Assembly (NCBI GenBank): GCA_937903035.1
Contig: CALCZP010000003.1
Location: 65,156-129,155 of the forward strand
Direction: 5' to 3'
Length of the DNA: 64,000 nt
Source: an uncultured bacterium
GTDB taxonomy: Bacteria; Patescibacteriota; Minisyncoccia; Phycocordibacterales; UBA9973
Numbering within the stretch: the stretch's first letter is position 1; every line of letters begins with the position of its first letter. Below the pieces are notes generated by a model that made no database searches, had not been told where the DNA came from, and was given only the letters and a program-made list of their open reading frames with translations. Positions 10,373 to 20,270 of this stretch are shown here, one piece after another. Made by a program: the position numbers and the translations under genes.

Positions 10373-10561
10373 AGTCCATAGATTGTACCGACAAATATCA
10401 GAAAACAGAAATAACCCTTGAATTGTCTATATAAATAGCTTGGTCGATATAAGGTAACATGCAGCTTTTTTGGTCAAGATATTGGTATATATGGATATAA
10501 TGCCTAAAGTAGATTGACCGAATATTTCTCGCATGGTGAAATCATAAAATGAGTAGTTTTC

Positions 10562-11590
10562 TTGGTATCATTTCTATTTGTAAGTATGTTATCCAAATTA
10601 CCTCACATACGCAGTCGCGTTCACCGTCTCAGTGGCGCACACAAATTACTCATCACCGTGTTTCTTCTTGCGATAAATGCAGGATTCACGAATCTTATTA
10701 TCAAGCAGGTTACGACGCATACCAATGCGGCAAATCTTCCGTTGGTTAAGGATGTAAAAGAATCTTTGGATCATGAAGGCGAACTTTCGGCGCATGGCGA
10801 GGAGCTCCCTCTTGCGGTTGATGACAAGCAAGTCATCACCACCTATACGGTTTCCTCTGGTGATACGCTCTCAGCTATTGCATCAAAATTTCATATTTCA
10901 ACGGCTACTATTCTCTGGGCAAACGGTCTCACTACAAAGTCCAAGATTTCAGTCGGTATGAAGCTCACGATCCTTCCGGTGACTGGTATTCAATACACCG
11001 TCAAAAAGGGTGACACTATTTCTGGTATTGCCGCAAAGTTTGATGCCGATGGCGAGGAAATCATGGCAGTGAATGACTTTGAAGACGCCAATGATCTCAA
11101 GATGGGCACCAAGATCATCATTCCTGATGCCGAGCCTCTCCCTGCTCCGACACCTGTAAAGACTGCTCCAAAGAAATCCGTAGGATCAAAATCAAGTGAG
11201 TCAGTCTCAGCTGCAAGTGGCTACTATGCAATGCCAATCCCTGGTGCGATCCTGACCCAGGGTAAACATGGGACAAACGGTATCGACTTTGGTGCACCGA
11301 TCGGGACAAGTGTCTACGCTGCTGCAGGTGGCACAGTACTCGTTGCAAAAGGTAACGGTGCATACAATGGTGGCTACGGTAACTATGTTGTGATCGAGCA
11401 TGGTAATGGTACACAGACACTCTATGCACACCTTTCAAAAACAACAGTGTCAGTTGGAGACAGGGTCGGACAAAACGATTTGATCGGAAAATCCGGCAAC
11501 ACCGGCAAGTCCACCGGCCCTCACCTTCACTTCGAAGTTCGCGGCGCAACCAACCCATTCGCCAAATATTCCAAAGGCACGCATTTTTAG
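10562..11590 (+). CDS. LysM-domain peptidoglycan endopeptidase, peptidase M23 family
   Basis: Two LysM repeats (YTVSSGDTLSAIASKF, YTVKKGDTISGIAAKF) plus M23 motifs (GIDFGAPIGT, HLHFEV). Confidence 0.88.
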   Translation: MVSFLFVSMLSKLPHIRSRVHRLSGAHKLLITVFLLAINAGFTNLIIKQVTTHTNAANLPLVKDVKESLDHEGELSAHGEELPLAVDDKQVITTYTVSSGDTLSAIASKFHISTATILWANGLTTKSKISVGMKLTILPVTGIQYTVKKGDTISGIAAKFDADGEEIMAVNDFEDANDLKMGTKIIIPDAEPLPAPTPVKTAPKKSVGSKSSESVSAASGYYAMPIPGAILTQGKHGTNGIDFGAPIGTSVYAAAGGTVLVAKGNGAYNGGYGNYVVIEHGNGTQTLYAHLSKTTVSVGDRVGQNDLIGKSGNTGKSTGPHLHFEVRGATNPFAKYSKGTHF

Positions 11591-11623
11591 AAAAAGAAAA
11601 AATCCTCGTACGAGGATTTTTTG

Positions 11624-12187
11624 TTAAAAGGTTTTGAATGCAATGCCATGCTCAATAAGTGGTCGAATTGTTTTTATGACAGTGTTTGTCATCCAAACAA
11701 GTTCTGACTCTTGCGACAAATCATTGATTTGATTGTAGAGTGACCAAGTACCGCCTTTTGCTGCTTGTCCAAAGTATTTTTCATACGCTTCATACACCTC
11801 GTCTCCATTTTCGACTAATGTTCGAATACCTGTCGGCATTTCGATTTCTCGATCGCTAAATACGGTGTCCATCAATCCCATGATTGATGGTTTGTAAATA
11901 GTGCTTGCAACGGTCAGTCGTGGTGGTACTTCATGCGTGTCCAAAATGGTCGTTCCTTTTTGAATCGAAATAAAAATAGCATTCTTGTCATGGTAATGAT
12001 TGAGAAGTCGCTTTACTCTATTTTCAATGCCGCTCAATGTTTCATTTCGTGAAAGGGGTCGAACATCAGGACTGTCCATTGCGATGGAAACAACTTTGAC
12101 GATAGCTTTGAAATGAGCAAATCCGTTTTCAATACTTTGTATCTTCGTCTTATTACTTGAGTCAGTAATAACGATAGGAAGTTCCAT
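11624..12187 (-). CDS. YjjX-like non-canonical purine NTP phosphatase (DUF84) candidate
   Basis: N-terminal IVITDSSNKTKIQSIENGFAHF and SRNETLSGIENRVKRL resemble E. coli YjjX VVCATTNPAKIQAILQAF / SEETRAGARNRVANA. Confidence 0.5.
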   Translation of the reverse strand: MELPIVITDSSNKTKIQSIENGFAHFKAIVKVVSIAMDSPDVRPLSRNETLSGIENRVKRLLNHYHDKNAIFISIQKGTTILDTHEVPPRLTVASTIYKPSIMGLMDTVFSDREIEMPTGIRTLVENGDEVYEAYEKYFGQAAKGGTWSLYNQINDLSQESELVWMTNTVIKTIRPLIEHGIAFKTF

Positions 12188-12239
12188 TGGTGAAAGATTT
12201 GGTTCTCTTCGATACTACTGATTATTTTAGATATGTCAA

Positions 12240-13745
12240 TTAGTCAAACTTTGGACGATATTGGAGCGCTTCGAGTATATGAGGGATCTCGATGGTTTCC
12301 GAGTTTTCGATATCAGCAATGGTCCGTGCGACTTTGATAGTGCGCATGTATGATCGTGGTGAGAGCTTAAGTTTTTGCGCATAAATCTGAAGTTGGTTTT
12401 TTGCAGTATCAGAAAGTTGTGCACGTGCATGAACATCATTTGATGAAAGTGTACTGTTGAGTTTAGTACTACGCGTATATTGTCGTTCGCGGATTACTGC
12501 AACACGATTACGTATTGTGTCGCTTTCTCGATGTGTTTCTTTTTCATGCAATGTCTCGTATTCAATATGTGATACGGGCACACATAGATCAATACGATCC
12601 ATGATTGGTCCGGACAATTTTTTACTATAGCGTGCAATCTCTGCAGCTGAGCATGTGCAGTGTTTGATACCACTTCCACGATACCCACATGGGCAGGGAT
12701 TCATCGCAGCAAGGAGTATGAAACGCGCAGGATATCTCACACTTCCTTTTGCGCGCGCAACCGTGATCGATCCTTCTTCAAGTGGTTCGCGCAGTGCCTC
12801 AATCACACGTCTATCGAACTCGGGAAATTCATCCAGATAGAGCACCCCATGATGTGAAAGTGAGATATCGCCGGGTCTGAGATTTGTACCGCCACCAATC
12901 ACTGCAACATGCGATGCACTATGATGTGGCGATCTAATGGGTGGTTGTCCGTGTAACATATCATCAATAAGTCCGATCGATGAATAGATAGTTGCAACTT
13001 CAAGAAATGCATCACTCGTGAGTGCAGGTAGTATGCCGTGAAATGCACGTGCGAGCATGGTCTTGCCAGTACCTGGTGGACCATAAAGAACAATGTTGTG
13101 CGCACCACTTGCGGCGATGACGAGTGCACGTTTTGCTTGGAGTTGTCCGCGTACATCGCCAAAGTCGACATCGCTGTACTTAGTTTGTGGTGTCGGTGCT
13201 GTGTATGTTGTCTGCTCGAGTATCACCTCTCCTTTGATGTGTGAAACAAATGCGCTGATAGTTGGTACGAGGTGAAATGTGACACCTTCGACGAGCATTG
13301 CTTCACGTGCATTTGCACTTGGTATGAATAGTTCGAGGTAGTCATTTGCTTTTGCCCACTGGGCGATCGAAAGGAGTCCTCTGATGGGTCGGAGTTCACC
13401 GTTGAGCGCGAGCTCGCCGACAAATACTTTACCTTTTGTTTCAAATGCGAGTTCTTCGGTTGCGAGTAGATAGCCAAGGGCAATGGCGAGATCAAAGTAC
13501 GCACCCTCTTTTTTGAGTTCTGCAGGTGAGAGTGAAACAATCACTTTGTGATTTTCTGCTTTCGGATTTTTGCCAAGACTATTTCTGAGCGCTGAGATGA
13601 CTCGCTCGCGACTCTCCTCTACTGCCTTGTCGGCAAGGCCGACGATCTGAAACAGGTAGAGCCCTCGACTGATATCTGTTTCCACGACGACACCATTTGC
13701 GCCAAGGCCCGAAAGTTGCGCGCTCTGTATGCGAGAGAATGACAT
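12240..13745 (-). CDS. comM: YifB/ComM family Mg-chelatase-like AAA+ ATPase
   Basis: Walker A GPPGTGKT; ChlI-like motifs; C4 zinc motif NPCPCGY...CTC. Start placed at the internal ATG (13745, MSFSRIQ...) on family alignment; the ORF extends to 13811. Confidence 0.85.
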   Translation of the reverse strand: MSFSRIQSAQLSGLGANGVVVETDISRGLYLFQIVGLADKAVEESRERVISALRNSLGKNPKAENHKVIVSLSPAELKKEGAYFDLAIALGYLLATEELAFETKGKVFVGELALNGELRPIRGLLSIAQWAKANDYLELFIPSANAREAMLVEGVTFHLVPTISAFVSHIKGEVILEQTTYTAPTPQTKYSDVDFGDVRGQLQAKRALVIAASGAHNIVLYGPPGTGKTMLARAFHGILPALTSDAFLEVATIYSSIGLIDDMLHGQPPIRSPHHSASHVAVIGGGTNLRPGDISLSHHGVLYLDEFPEFDRRVIEALREPLEEGSITVARAKGSVRYPARFILLAAMNPCPCGYRGSGIKHCTCSAAEIARYSKKLSGPIMDRIDLCVPVSHIEYETLHEKETHRESDTIRNRVAVIRERQYTRSTKLNSTLSSNDVHARAQLSDTAKNQLQIYAQKLKLSPRSYMRTIKVARTIADIENSETIEIPHILEALQYRPKFD

Positions 13746-13875
13746 ACGCTGAGTGTACTCATATGAGATAAAGAAATACTCAAGTGTGAAACATGAGATA
13801 TATTGTTTCATTTTGTTTTAAAACAATGAAACGACAAACAAAGTGTTGTGACACTTCGCGGAGAGGACTTGTTTT

Positions 13876-14217
13876 CTACTTAAATTCAAATAATGTGTCG
13901 CGGAAATCTTTGATGATACCTTTCGCATCAATCTCAATTCCTTCTGCTTTATAGAGTTTCATGCGACGTGTTGCGTACTCATCAGTGAGCCATACTTTGC
14001 CACCAGCATACACAATACGGTGAAACGGTATTCGTGTCTCTCCTGCATCATATGCCTTGCCAAGTATTGCAGTGACACTACGCGCTGCTTGCCCACCACC
14101 ACCTGCTGCTTTCGCAATGTTTCCATAGGTACTCACCTTTCCTTTCGGAATCATGAGTGCGAGCTCCACGACCCGCTGACTAAAGGTTTTACCAATTTCT
14201 TTTTTTACGATCTTCAT
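13876..14217 (-). CDS. MGMT-fold alkyltransferase-like (ATL) protein, catalytic Cys replaced by Phe
   Basis: Ogt C-terminal DNA-binding domain similarity, but PFHRIV instead of PCHRV. Confidence 0.6.
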   Translation of the reverse strand: MKIVKKEIGKTFSQRVVELALMIPKGKVSTYGNIAKAAGGGGQAARSVTAILGKAYDAGETRIPFHRIVYAGGKVWLTDEYATRRMKLYKAEGIEIDAKGIIKDFRDTLFEFK

Positions 14218-14225
14218 AGGTGAAA

Positions 14226-14792
14226 CTATAGCAGGTCGTTATGTAGTTCTATTGCTCGTGTAACAATGCGCTCCCCGATCTCTCCCCAATCAAAGTATTG
14301 TTTATAGTCTTTAGGAGCAATCAATTTGATTTCGGTAATGCCATTATCAGGATCAGAAACAAATGGTCCGAATGGTCGCACGATACACACATAGCGTAGT
14401 TGGTAAAAGAAACTACCGTCTCGTGTATCAATTACTTTTTGGTATCCAATCGGTCGATAGTTCAGTATTTCCATATTTGATTCCTCTCTGATTTCTCTTC
14501 GAATTGTTTGTTCTAAAGTTTCTGCTTTTTCGATTGTCCCACCGATCAATCCCCATGCGTTTTTGTGCCCACCAAATCCGATCACGATTTCATCACCAAA
14601 AAAACACACCGCATATGTCTGTGTACACTTCGCAATATCGAGATGATCAAATGAATCAGCGTCTTCGTATTCAAAAATATATTCAACTCCTGCGTGCCCT
14701 TTGTATGTGTTGGTGAGATTCATGTCCCTACTATACTCAAAATTGCAAAATAAAAAAGCAACCAGTGAAAGTTGCTTGAAAAGCCCTAGCAT
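14226..14792 (-). CDS. Nudix hydrolase
   Basis: Nudix box GGTIEKAETLEQTIRREIREESN; alternative start ATG at 14723 (MNLTNTYKG). Confidence 0.75.
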   Translation of the reverse strand: MLGLFKQLSLVAFLFCNFEYSRDMNLTNTYKGHAGVEYIFEYEDADSFDHLDIAKCTQTYAVCFFGDEIVIGFGGHKNAWGLIGGTIEKAETLEQTIRREIREESNMEILNYRPIGYQKVIDTRDGSFFYQLRYVCIVRPFGPFVSDPDNGITEIKLIAPKDYKQYFDWGEIGERIVTRAIELHNDLL

Positions 14793-14898
14793 TTTTTTAT
14801 AGGATGAGTTTGTATAGACTTACCCATACTACTTGACAAAATAATATAAAGTCATAGTATGATTTTATCGTTCTTTTAAATAAACTAAATATACTGAC

Positions 14899-15540
14899 AT
14901 GAACCAACCATTAAATGACTTCAATTTTGAGGATTTCGCCAAGCAAACCGCCAATAAAACCAAAGAAATGATTAGGACACTATTTATCCTTTTCAAAGAA
15001 ACATCCTTCCCGCTCGCAAAGCAGGATGCACTTGATTATCAAACCGTGTGTATGATTGAAGATGAATTTCGTAACCAGGAAGCTGCATGTGAGAATTTAC
15101 TCAATAATGCGTTTAAAGAATTCAATGATAGTAATACAAAATGGTTTGAGCGATTTAAGAACCTCACTGCGGGCTACACGCGTATCGCATTGAACATCGC
15201 CGAATCATTCGTTGTTGCTAGTCGTGGACACTTCTTTACGTATTACAGCATCCATCCATCACAGATACCGCCCCATCTTGCAGATGTCTTTATGCAAGAA
15301 GCAGAGCTTCAACATTTTTTGCTTATACAAAAACAGAATCAACGAAGTGATCGTATATCACGAGTTTCAAAAAAAGTTTCTAGTGCTTTAAAATGCTATA
15401 GGATTGATTTTGAAAATGCATTCTCTGCAGCAATACGGAATTTGATTGAAGTTGAAATACCTGCATCTCAAAAAAGAATTGAGGTGCTCATCAATCAAAA
15501 TTATCTGCAACGCATGGGTGGTCTTCATGGAATGAATTAG
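14899..15540 (+). CDS. Hypothetical protein
   Basis: 213-aa ORF followed by an intrinsic terminator; no recognisable family. Confidence 0.45.
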   Translation: MNQPLNDFNFEDFAKQTANKTKEMIRTLFILFKETSFPLAKQDALDYQTVCMIEDEFRNQEAACENLLNNAFKEFNDSNTKWFERFKNLTAGYTRIALNIAESFVVASRGHFFTYYSIHPSQIPPHLADVFMQEAELQHFLLIQKQNQRSDRISRVSKKVSSALKCYRIDFENAFSAAIRNLIEVEIPASQKRIEVLINQNYLQRMGGLHGMN

Positions 15541-15554
15541 AGTTGTTAAATTAA

Positions 15555-15585
15555 AACCTCCCAAGATTGGGAGGTTTTTTATTTC
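15555..15585. terminator. Bidirectional rho-independent terminator
   Basis: ACCTCCCAAGATTGGGAGGT hairpin followed by a T-run, between convergent genes. Confidence 0.7.
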
Positions 15586-15588
15586 ATA

Positions 15589-15945
15589 TTAGTTGTTCAT
15601 ATGCGCTTTGTTGGTGCGCGCTGCGGGATTTGCTTCGAGGCGATCTTCTTCGATTGGTTCACCAGAAACTTCACAGATACCATACGTACCGTTTTCAATC
15701 TTTGTAAGTGCCGCATTCACATCAGTGAGACGAGCCTGGAGTGTTTCAACCATACTTGATCGTTCTTCAAAATCTTCAAAACGATCAGCTGCATCGTTCT
15801 CATCAATCTCACCCATCAAGTCACGATCAGGTGTTGCCTCCCATACATTGGTATCAGGGTTAAAAAGCGCGATTTGAGAAAGCTCTTCTTCGAGGGTCTT
15901 TTTTTCCGCGATGAGTTTTTCGTTGAAATGGGTCATATTCTTCAT
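15589..15945 (-). CDS. DksA/TraR family C4-type zinc finger protein
   Basis: C-terminal GTYGICEVSGEPIEEDRLEANPAA (CxxC...C-less variant of the DksA zinc finger); start chosen at ATG 15945 (MKNMTHF) with a GGGG Shine-Dalgarno; the ORF extends to 15996. Confidence 0.65.
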   Translation of the reverse strand: MKNMTHFNEKLIAEKKTLEEELSQIALFNPDTNVWEATPDRDLMGEIDENDAADRFEDFEERSSMVETLQARLTDVNAALTKIENGTYGICEVSGEPIEEDRLEANPAARTNKAHMNN

Positions 15946-15996
15946 ACCCCGTATACTAGCATGCAGTGGTAAAAGTACAACCTTTTTTCCACACAC

Positions 15997-16899
15997 TTAT
16001 TGTTTGATGACGGTCTCGTAGACTGCCTTGAGTACTTCTGGTTTCTGAGTGATAACAATGATATTGTCGGTTGCATAGCCGTAAAGAAGTACATGTTGCT
16101 GTTCTCCTGTATCAGTATTTAGTGCGGTTAGTATTCGCACTGGAAGGTTGTACAAATATTTACTCTCAAACCCTTTGCCGATCTCAGTTTGATGTGTCGA
16201 GATATCGATACCGAGTCCATTGTAAAACATACGCAAGAGCTCTGGCTCCGCGATGAGAAATTCTTTGGATGCGATTTCCGGATCAGTAACTGATGCAATT
16301 AGAAATGGAGTTATGGTAGTACCATCATTGTAAGCACCAAGTCTCAGTACTGAGATTGCTGCAATAAAAGGCTCGGTCGCTTTTGTTTCCATGAAGTTCA
16401 AAAGATCAGTGTTAGTGATCATCGCAAGAGTCTTGTCGTCGGTCACAAAAGGGATCAGTACTGGCTTGCGTTCAGGAAGAGTCGTATCTGTTTTAATTGC
16501 TGCAATCGTTTGTCTGATGTCTGTTGAACTTACAACAACAGGCTTCGTGCTTGGAAAGACCCCTACTGACTCAGTCTTGTGCACCGTGACAGTGAGATGG
16601 GTGTAATGATAAAAGCCGTATGCTCCTGCACCAAGTGCAATCAAAAGAAGGATGAATGATCCCGCGAGAAACCAGCCATGCTTAAACTTAATCACCTTTT
16701 CTTCCCGAGCAATCATATCGCGCTCGCGTGCGTCAGTAAGGAGTTCTTGGACAACTTTCGCATCGGTTGCATTCATTGCATGTGACAAGTCACTCTCATA
16801 ATCATGAGTGAGATGATGTGGAATGATTTCTTGCTTCGATGGTTCTACAACCACAGGTGCAACTTTTTTTTCTTCAGGTTTTGGTGCTGTTTGCTCCAT
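15997..16899 (-). CDS. Hypothetical single-pass membrane protein
   Basis: 300-aa ORF; TM WFLAGSFILLLIALGAGAYGFY. Confidence 0.5.
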   Translation of the reverse strand: MEQTAPKPEEKKVAPVVVEPSKQEIIPHHLTHDYESDLSHAMNATDAKVVQELLTDARERDMIAREEKVIKFKHGWFLAGSFILLLIALGAGAYGFYHYTHLTVTVHKTESVGVFPSTKPVVVSSTDIRQTIAAIKTDTTLPERKPVLIPFVTDDKTLAMITNTDLLNFMETKATEPFIAAISVLRLGAYNDGTTITPFLIASVTDPEIASKEFLIAEPELLRMFYNGLGIDISTHQTEIGKGFESKYLYNLPVRILTALNTDTGEQQHVLLYGYATDNIIVITQKPEVLKAVYETVIKQ

Positions 16900-16914
16900 A
16901 GTACTTGCTAGTGG

Positions 16915-17424
16915 TTAGTACCCCAAGAGATATTTTTTTGGTGCATCTGAGAGGTCAAAGAAGTCATCAACACTTGCCTTGAGCGATGCCGATGCACTTT
17001 TACCAAATGTTGCTGCCTCCACTTGAATACCGTGATGGTATCGCAAGTATTCAACCACTGGAACAAAGTCCCCATCCCCGGAGACGATGATTACCGCATC
17101 AAGCTTTGGTGCCATTGCGACAATATCAATTGCAAGACCGACATCCCAGTCAGCTTTTTTGGATCCATCATAAAATATCTGGAGGTCCTTCACTTTCGGT
17201 TCAATACCCGCCTTGGTGAGTGCACCAAGAAATCCTTTCTCGTCCTCGCTCTCCGTGGTGATCGCATATGCAATAGCTCGTACAAGTTTGCGTCCGGCGA
17301 GTACGTCTTTGACAACGTTTCCAAAGTTCACTTTTCGTTTATATAAATTTTTTGCGGTGTGGTAGAGGTTTTGTGTATCAATAAAAATACCCACGCGCTG
17401 ATCTTTGTGTTTTACGGTTGCCAT
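16915..17424 (-). CDS. NYN-domain (LabA-like) protein
   Basis: VGIFIDTQNL ... IVSGDGDF pattern of NYN/LabA nucleases. Confidence 0.7.
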   Translation of the reverse strand: MATVKHKDQRVGIFIDTQNLYHTAKNLYKRKVNFGNVVKDVLAGRKLVRAIAYAITTESEDEKGFLGALTKAGIEPKVKDLQIFYDGSKKADWDVGLAIDIVAMAPKLDAVIIVSGDGDFVPVVEYLRYHHGIQVEAATFGKSASASLKASVDDFFDLSDAPKKYLLGY

Positions 17425-17482
17425 GATCTAAGTATAGCGTGTTTATACCAAAACACCGCCCCGATGGAGCGATGTGTTTGTT

Positions 17483-17743
17483 TTATTGTTTTACAATCTT
17501 GAGTGCTGCTTGGTGCTTTTCAGGATTGTTCTTTTCGAGTGTCTTGAGGTGCCCTCGGCGATCCGCTACCATCTTGATGAGGCCGCGACGTGAGTGATTG
17601 TCTTTCTTGTGCTTCTTCAAGTGATCAGCAAGCTCCTCAATCTTCCCGGTCAAGAGTCCAATACGCACCACTTCAGAACCAGTGTCACTTGCGTGCACTT
17701 GGTGCTTCTTGATGATTGTCTGTTTCTTCTTGGTCGTTAACAT
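17483..17743 (-). CDS. rpsO: 30S ribosomal protein S15
   Basis: HxxDTGS ... [11 protein letters not shown] ... motif; 86 aa from ATG 17743. Confidence 0.9.
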   Translation of the reverse strand: MLTTKKKQTIIKKHQVHASDTGSEVVRIGLLTGKIEELADHLKKHKKDNHSRRGLIKMVADRRGHLKTLEKNNPEKHQAALKIVKQ

Positions 17744-17889
17744 GTTGTTATCATAACACATCCCCTTATAAAATGCAAGTACATTGCCGTATTTATACGA
17801 TTCACTAAAAAGTCCCTTTTTTACTTATTCTTGGTTGCTAGTTCTCAATTCTTGTGTCGTACAATATATATCGCGCTATACTATAATAC

Positions 17890-18804
17890 ATGGATATTTC
17901 TACTGCGAAACGGCAGTTTCTCGAATATATTGAAATTGAGAAAGGGCGCAGCCAGCTCACTGTGCGCAACTATGAGCACTATCTTGATCGAGCATTTGCT
18001 GATATGGCTATCAAGCATGCAAAAGATATCACGGAGGACAAGGTACGTGAATTTCGTCTCAAACTCAATCGTGCTCCGGGCAAGCGCGGCAAAGGCCAAG
18101 CTGCTGCAACTATGAAGAAGGCGACGCAGAACTACTATATGATCGCCCTTCGCTCATTTCTCAAATATCTGCGTAAGCGAGGTATCGATACACTCACCCC
18201 TGATGCGATTGAGCTTGCAAAGGTGGGATCACGCGATCTTGATCTTATCTCAACAGACGAGCTTCATCGTCTGCTCAAGGCTCCTGATACAACGACACCC
18301 AAAGGACTTCGAGACAAAGCGTTGCTTGAGCTTTTCTTCTCGACAGGACTTCGTCTCGCGGAGCTTTGCTCGCTCAATTCAGATCTCGATCTCTCGAGGG
18401 ATGAATTTTCCATACGCGGTAAGGGTGAAAAGGTGCGCGTGGTATTTCTCTCAGAAGATGCCAAAGCTGCTATTCGTGCATATCTCAAAGGGCGCAAGGA
18501 TATGGAGGAAGCGCTATTTGTTGATCAGGCAAAAAATGGTGCACATCGTGACGATCGTCGCCTCACTCCCCGCTCCATCGAGCGTATCGTGCGCGAATAT
18601 GCCATCAAAGCTGGTATTTCCAAGAAAGTCACGCCGCATGTGCTGCGTCACTCATTTGCAACAGATCTCCTTTCAAATGGCGCTGATATTCGTTCAGTCC
18701 AGATGATGCTCGGTCATGCCAATATTGCTACAACACAGGTCTATACACATATTACCGACAAACAACTCAGGGATGTGCATAAAAAGTTCCATAGTAAAAG
18801 GTAA
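17890..18804 (+). CDS. Tyrosine site-specific recombinase XerC/XerD family
   Basis: C-terminal HVLRHSFATDLL ... LGHANIATTQVYTH with catalytic Tyr; N-terminal SAM-like domain. Confidence 0.88.
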   Translation: MDISTAKRQFLEYIEIEKGRSQLTVRNYEHYLDRAFADMAIKHAKDITEDKVREFRLKLNRAPGKRGKGQAAATMKKATQNYYMIALRSFLKYLRKRGIDTLTPDAIELAKVGSRDLDLISTDELHRLLKAPDTTTPKGLRDKALLELFFSTGLRLAELCSLNSDLDLSRDEFSIRGKGEKVRVVFLSEDAKAAIRAYLKGRKDMEEALFVDQAKNGAHRDDRRLTPRSIERIVREYAIKAGISKKVTPHVLRHSFATDLLSNGADIRSVQMMLGHANIATTQVYTHITDKQLRDVHKKFHSKR

Positions 18805-18861
18805 TTTTGAATTTTTAGAATTCTCGTGGTACAGTAAAAACAAATAAAAATTGTTCTAAAA

Positions 18862-19182
18862 ATGAAGAAACAAAAGAATGGAAATGCGTTTACAGCATTA
18901 GTACTCATGAGTCTCATGATCGCCATGAATCAAGGCTGTTTAAGCAGTCAGGCAAACAAAAATGCACATCCTTTCAATCAGGAAGGAAAAGTAATTGGTA
19001 AAACCGATACTAGTATTTTGGTGAAAACCAATGATACGACGTTCCGTATTCACCCTGTTGATACCAAATCGATATCAAAAGGTGACTCCGCAAAGTTCTA
19101 TAAGGGAAATAATCTCCCCGATGGAACAAATGCAGTAGTAGACACCTTGTCTATTGTAAAAAAACAAAAACTGAAAAAATAA
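18862..19182 (+). CDS. Small putative lipoprotein
   Basis: Signal peptide with MNQGC lipobox-like Cys; followed by a terminator. Confidence 0.45.
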   Translation: MKKQKNGNAFTALVLMSLMIAMNQGCLSSQANKNAHPFNQEGKVIGKTDTSILVKTNDTTFRIHPVDTKSISKGDSAKFYKGNNLPDGTNAVVDTLSIVKKQKLKK

Positions 19183-19213
19183 ATTATTATTGTATTTTTT
19201 CACCGAACTCAAA

Positions 19214-19246
19214 AGGCATCCTCTCAGCAGGATGCCTTCTTTTTTA
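19214..19246 (+). terminator. Rho-independent terminator
   Basis: GGCATCCTCTCAGCAGGATGCC hairpin plus a T-run. Confidence 0.7.
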
Positions 19247-19267
19247 TAATTTGCCTCCCTTTTTAGT

Positions 19268-20059
19268 GTGGATGATACACTCTATGACATGCGTATTATT
19301 TCCTGGAACACCAATGGCTTGCGTGCTACTGCCAAGCAGGGACACTTTGACCCGCTCTTTACTGAGTACAATCCCGACATGCTCTGCCTCCAAGAGACCA
19401 AGTCTACCCCTGACCAGCTCCCGATCGAGGTTAAGGAAGTTTTTGGATATGACAGTTACTTTGCCTGGCCAACTGTTAAAAAGGGGTATAGTGGTGTAGC
19501 TATCTACACCAAGGAGACTCCCCTCGTAGTCACCTACGGCATAGGACTTCCTGAACTTGATGATGAGGGTCGTACAATCACTGCTGAGTACAAGGATTTC
19601 TACCTCATCACCTGCTACTTCCCCAATGGTGGTGGCGGTCCAGAGCGACTCGACTATAAACTTAGGTTTTATGATCAGTTTCTTCTCTATATCGACGGAC
19701 TCAAGAAGAAAAAACCGGTGGTGTTCTGCGGAGATGTGAATACTGCGCACACTGAGATCGACCTTGCTCGCCCCAAAGAAAATGTTATGAATACAGGCTT
19801 TCTCCCTATCGAACGTGCGTGGATGGATACACTCGTCTCGCATGGATGGGTGGACGCATTTCGTCATCTTAATCCTGAAGTTGAGGATGTATATACCTAC
19901 TGGGATCAAAAGACAGGTGCGCGTACACGCAATGTCGGCTGGCGTATTGATTACTTCTTTGTTTCCGCTGACCATATCAATACAATCAAAGGATTTGAAA
20001 CACTTACTGAGTATTATGGGAGCGATCACTGCCCTATCGTGCTTGATATAAAGTTCTAA
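19268..20059 (+). CDS. xth: Exodeoxyribonuclease III (AP endonuclease)
   Basis: MRIISWNTNGLRA ... LCLQETK ... SDHCPI motifs; alternative start at 19289. Confidence 0.9.
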   Translation: MDDTLYDMRIISWNTNGLRATAKQGHFDPLFTEYNPDMLCLQETKSTPDQLPIEVKEVFGYDSYFAWPTVKKGYSGVAIYTKETPLVVTYGIGLPELDDEGRTITAEYKDFYLITCYFPNGGGGPERLDYKLRFYDQFLLYIDGLKKKKPVVFCGDVNTAHTEIDLARPKENVMNTGFLPIERAWMDTLVSHGWVDAFRHLNPEVEDVYTYWDQKTGARTRNVGWRIDYFFVSADHINTIKGFETLTEYYGSDHCPIVLDIKF

Positions 20060-20062
20060 AAC

Positions 20063-20095
20063 AAAAAACCGCCCATCCAGGCGGCTTTGTTTTTA
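20063..20095 (+). terminator. Rho-independent terminator
   Basis: AAAAAACCGCCCATCCAGGCGGCTTTGTTTTT. Confidence 0.7.
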
Positions 20096-20270
20096 ACGTT
20101 GTCTGATTTGTTTTCTAAAGCGTTTGCTGTTGATCGCTCTAATGGTGAGCAATCTGGTTTTAAGGCAGAATTTACCCATAGATAAAAGGGTTTTGATTAT
20201 TTTCTCTAATCCTATTCCTCTCCCTTTAAAAATGCAATAGGAGGTATATACTGATGAAAAAACAAGTACT

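Noticed and set aside
10373-10561. Riboswitch (for example cyclic-di-AMP) in the leader of the LysM-M23 peptidase
   Set aside because: No recognisable conserved riboswitch core could be identified by eye. The region is more simply explained as divergent promoters for pcrA and the peptidase.
14726-14792. N-terminal 23-aa hydrophobic extension on the Nudix protein (MLGLFKQLSLVAFLFCNFEYSRD)
   Set aside because: There is no Shine-Dalgarno upstream and it is not typical for Nudix enzymes. The internal ATG 14723 is the more plausible start, so the extension is probably not translated.
18203-18706. 167-aa ORF in an alternative frame of the xerC/D gene
   Set aside because: It lies on the same strand as the recombinase but in a different frame. 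The recombinase frame carries the catalytic RHRY motifs.
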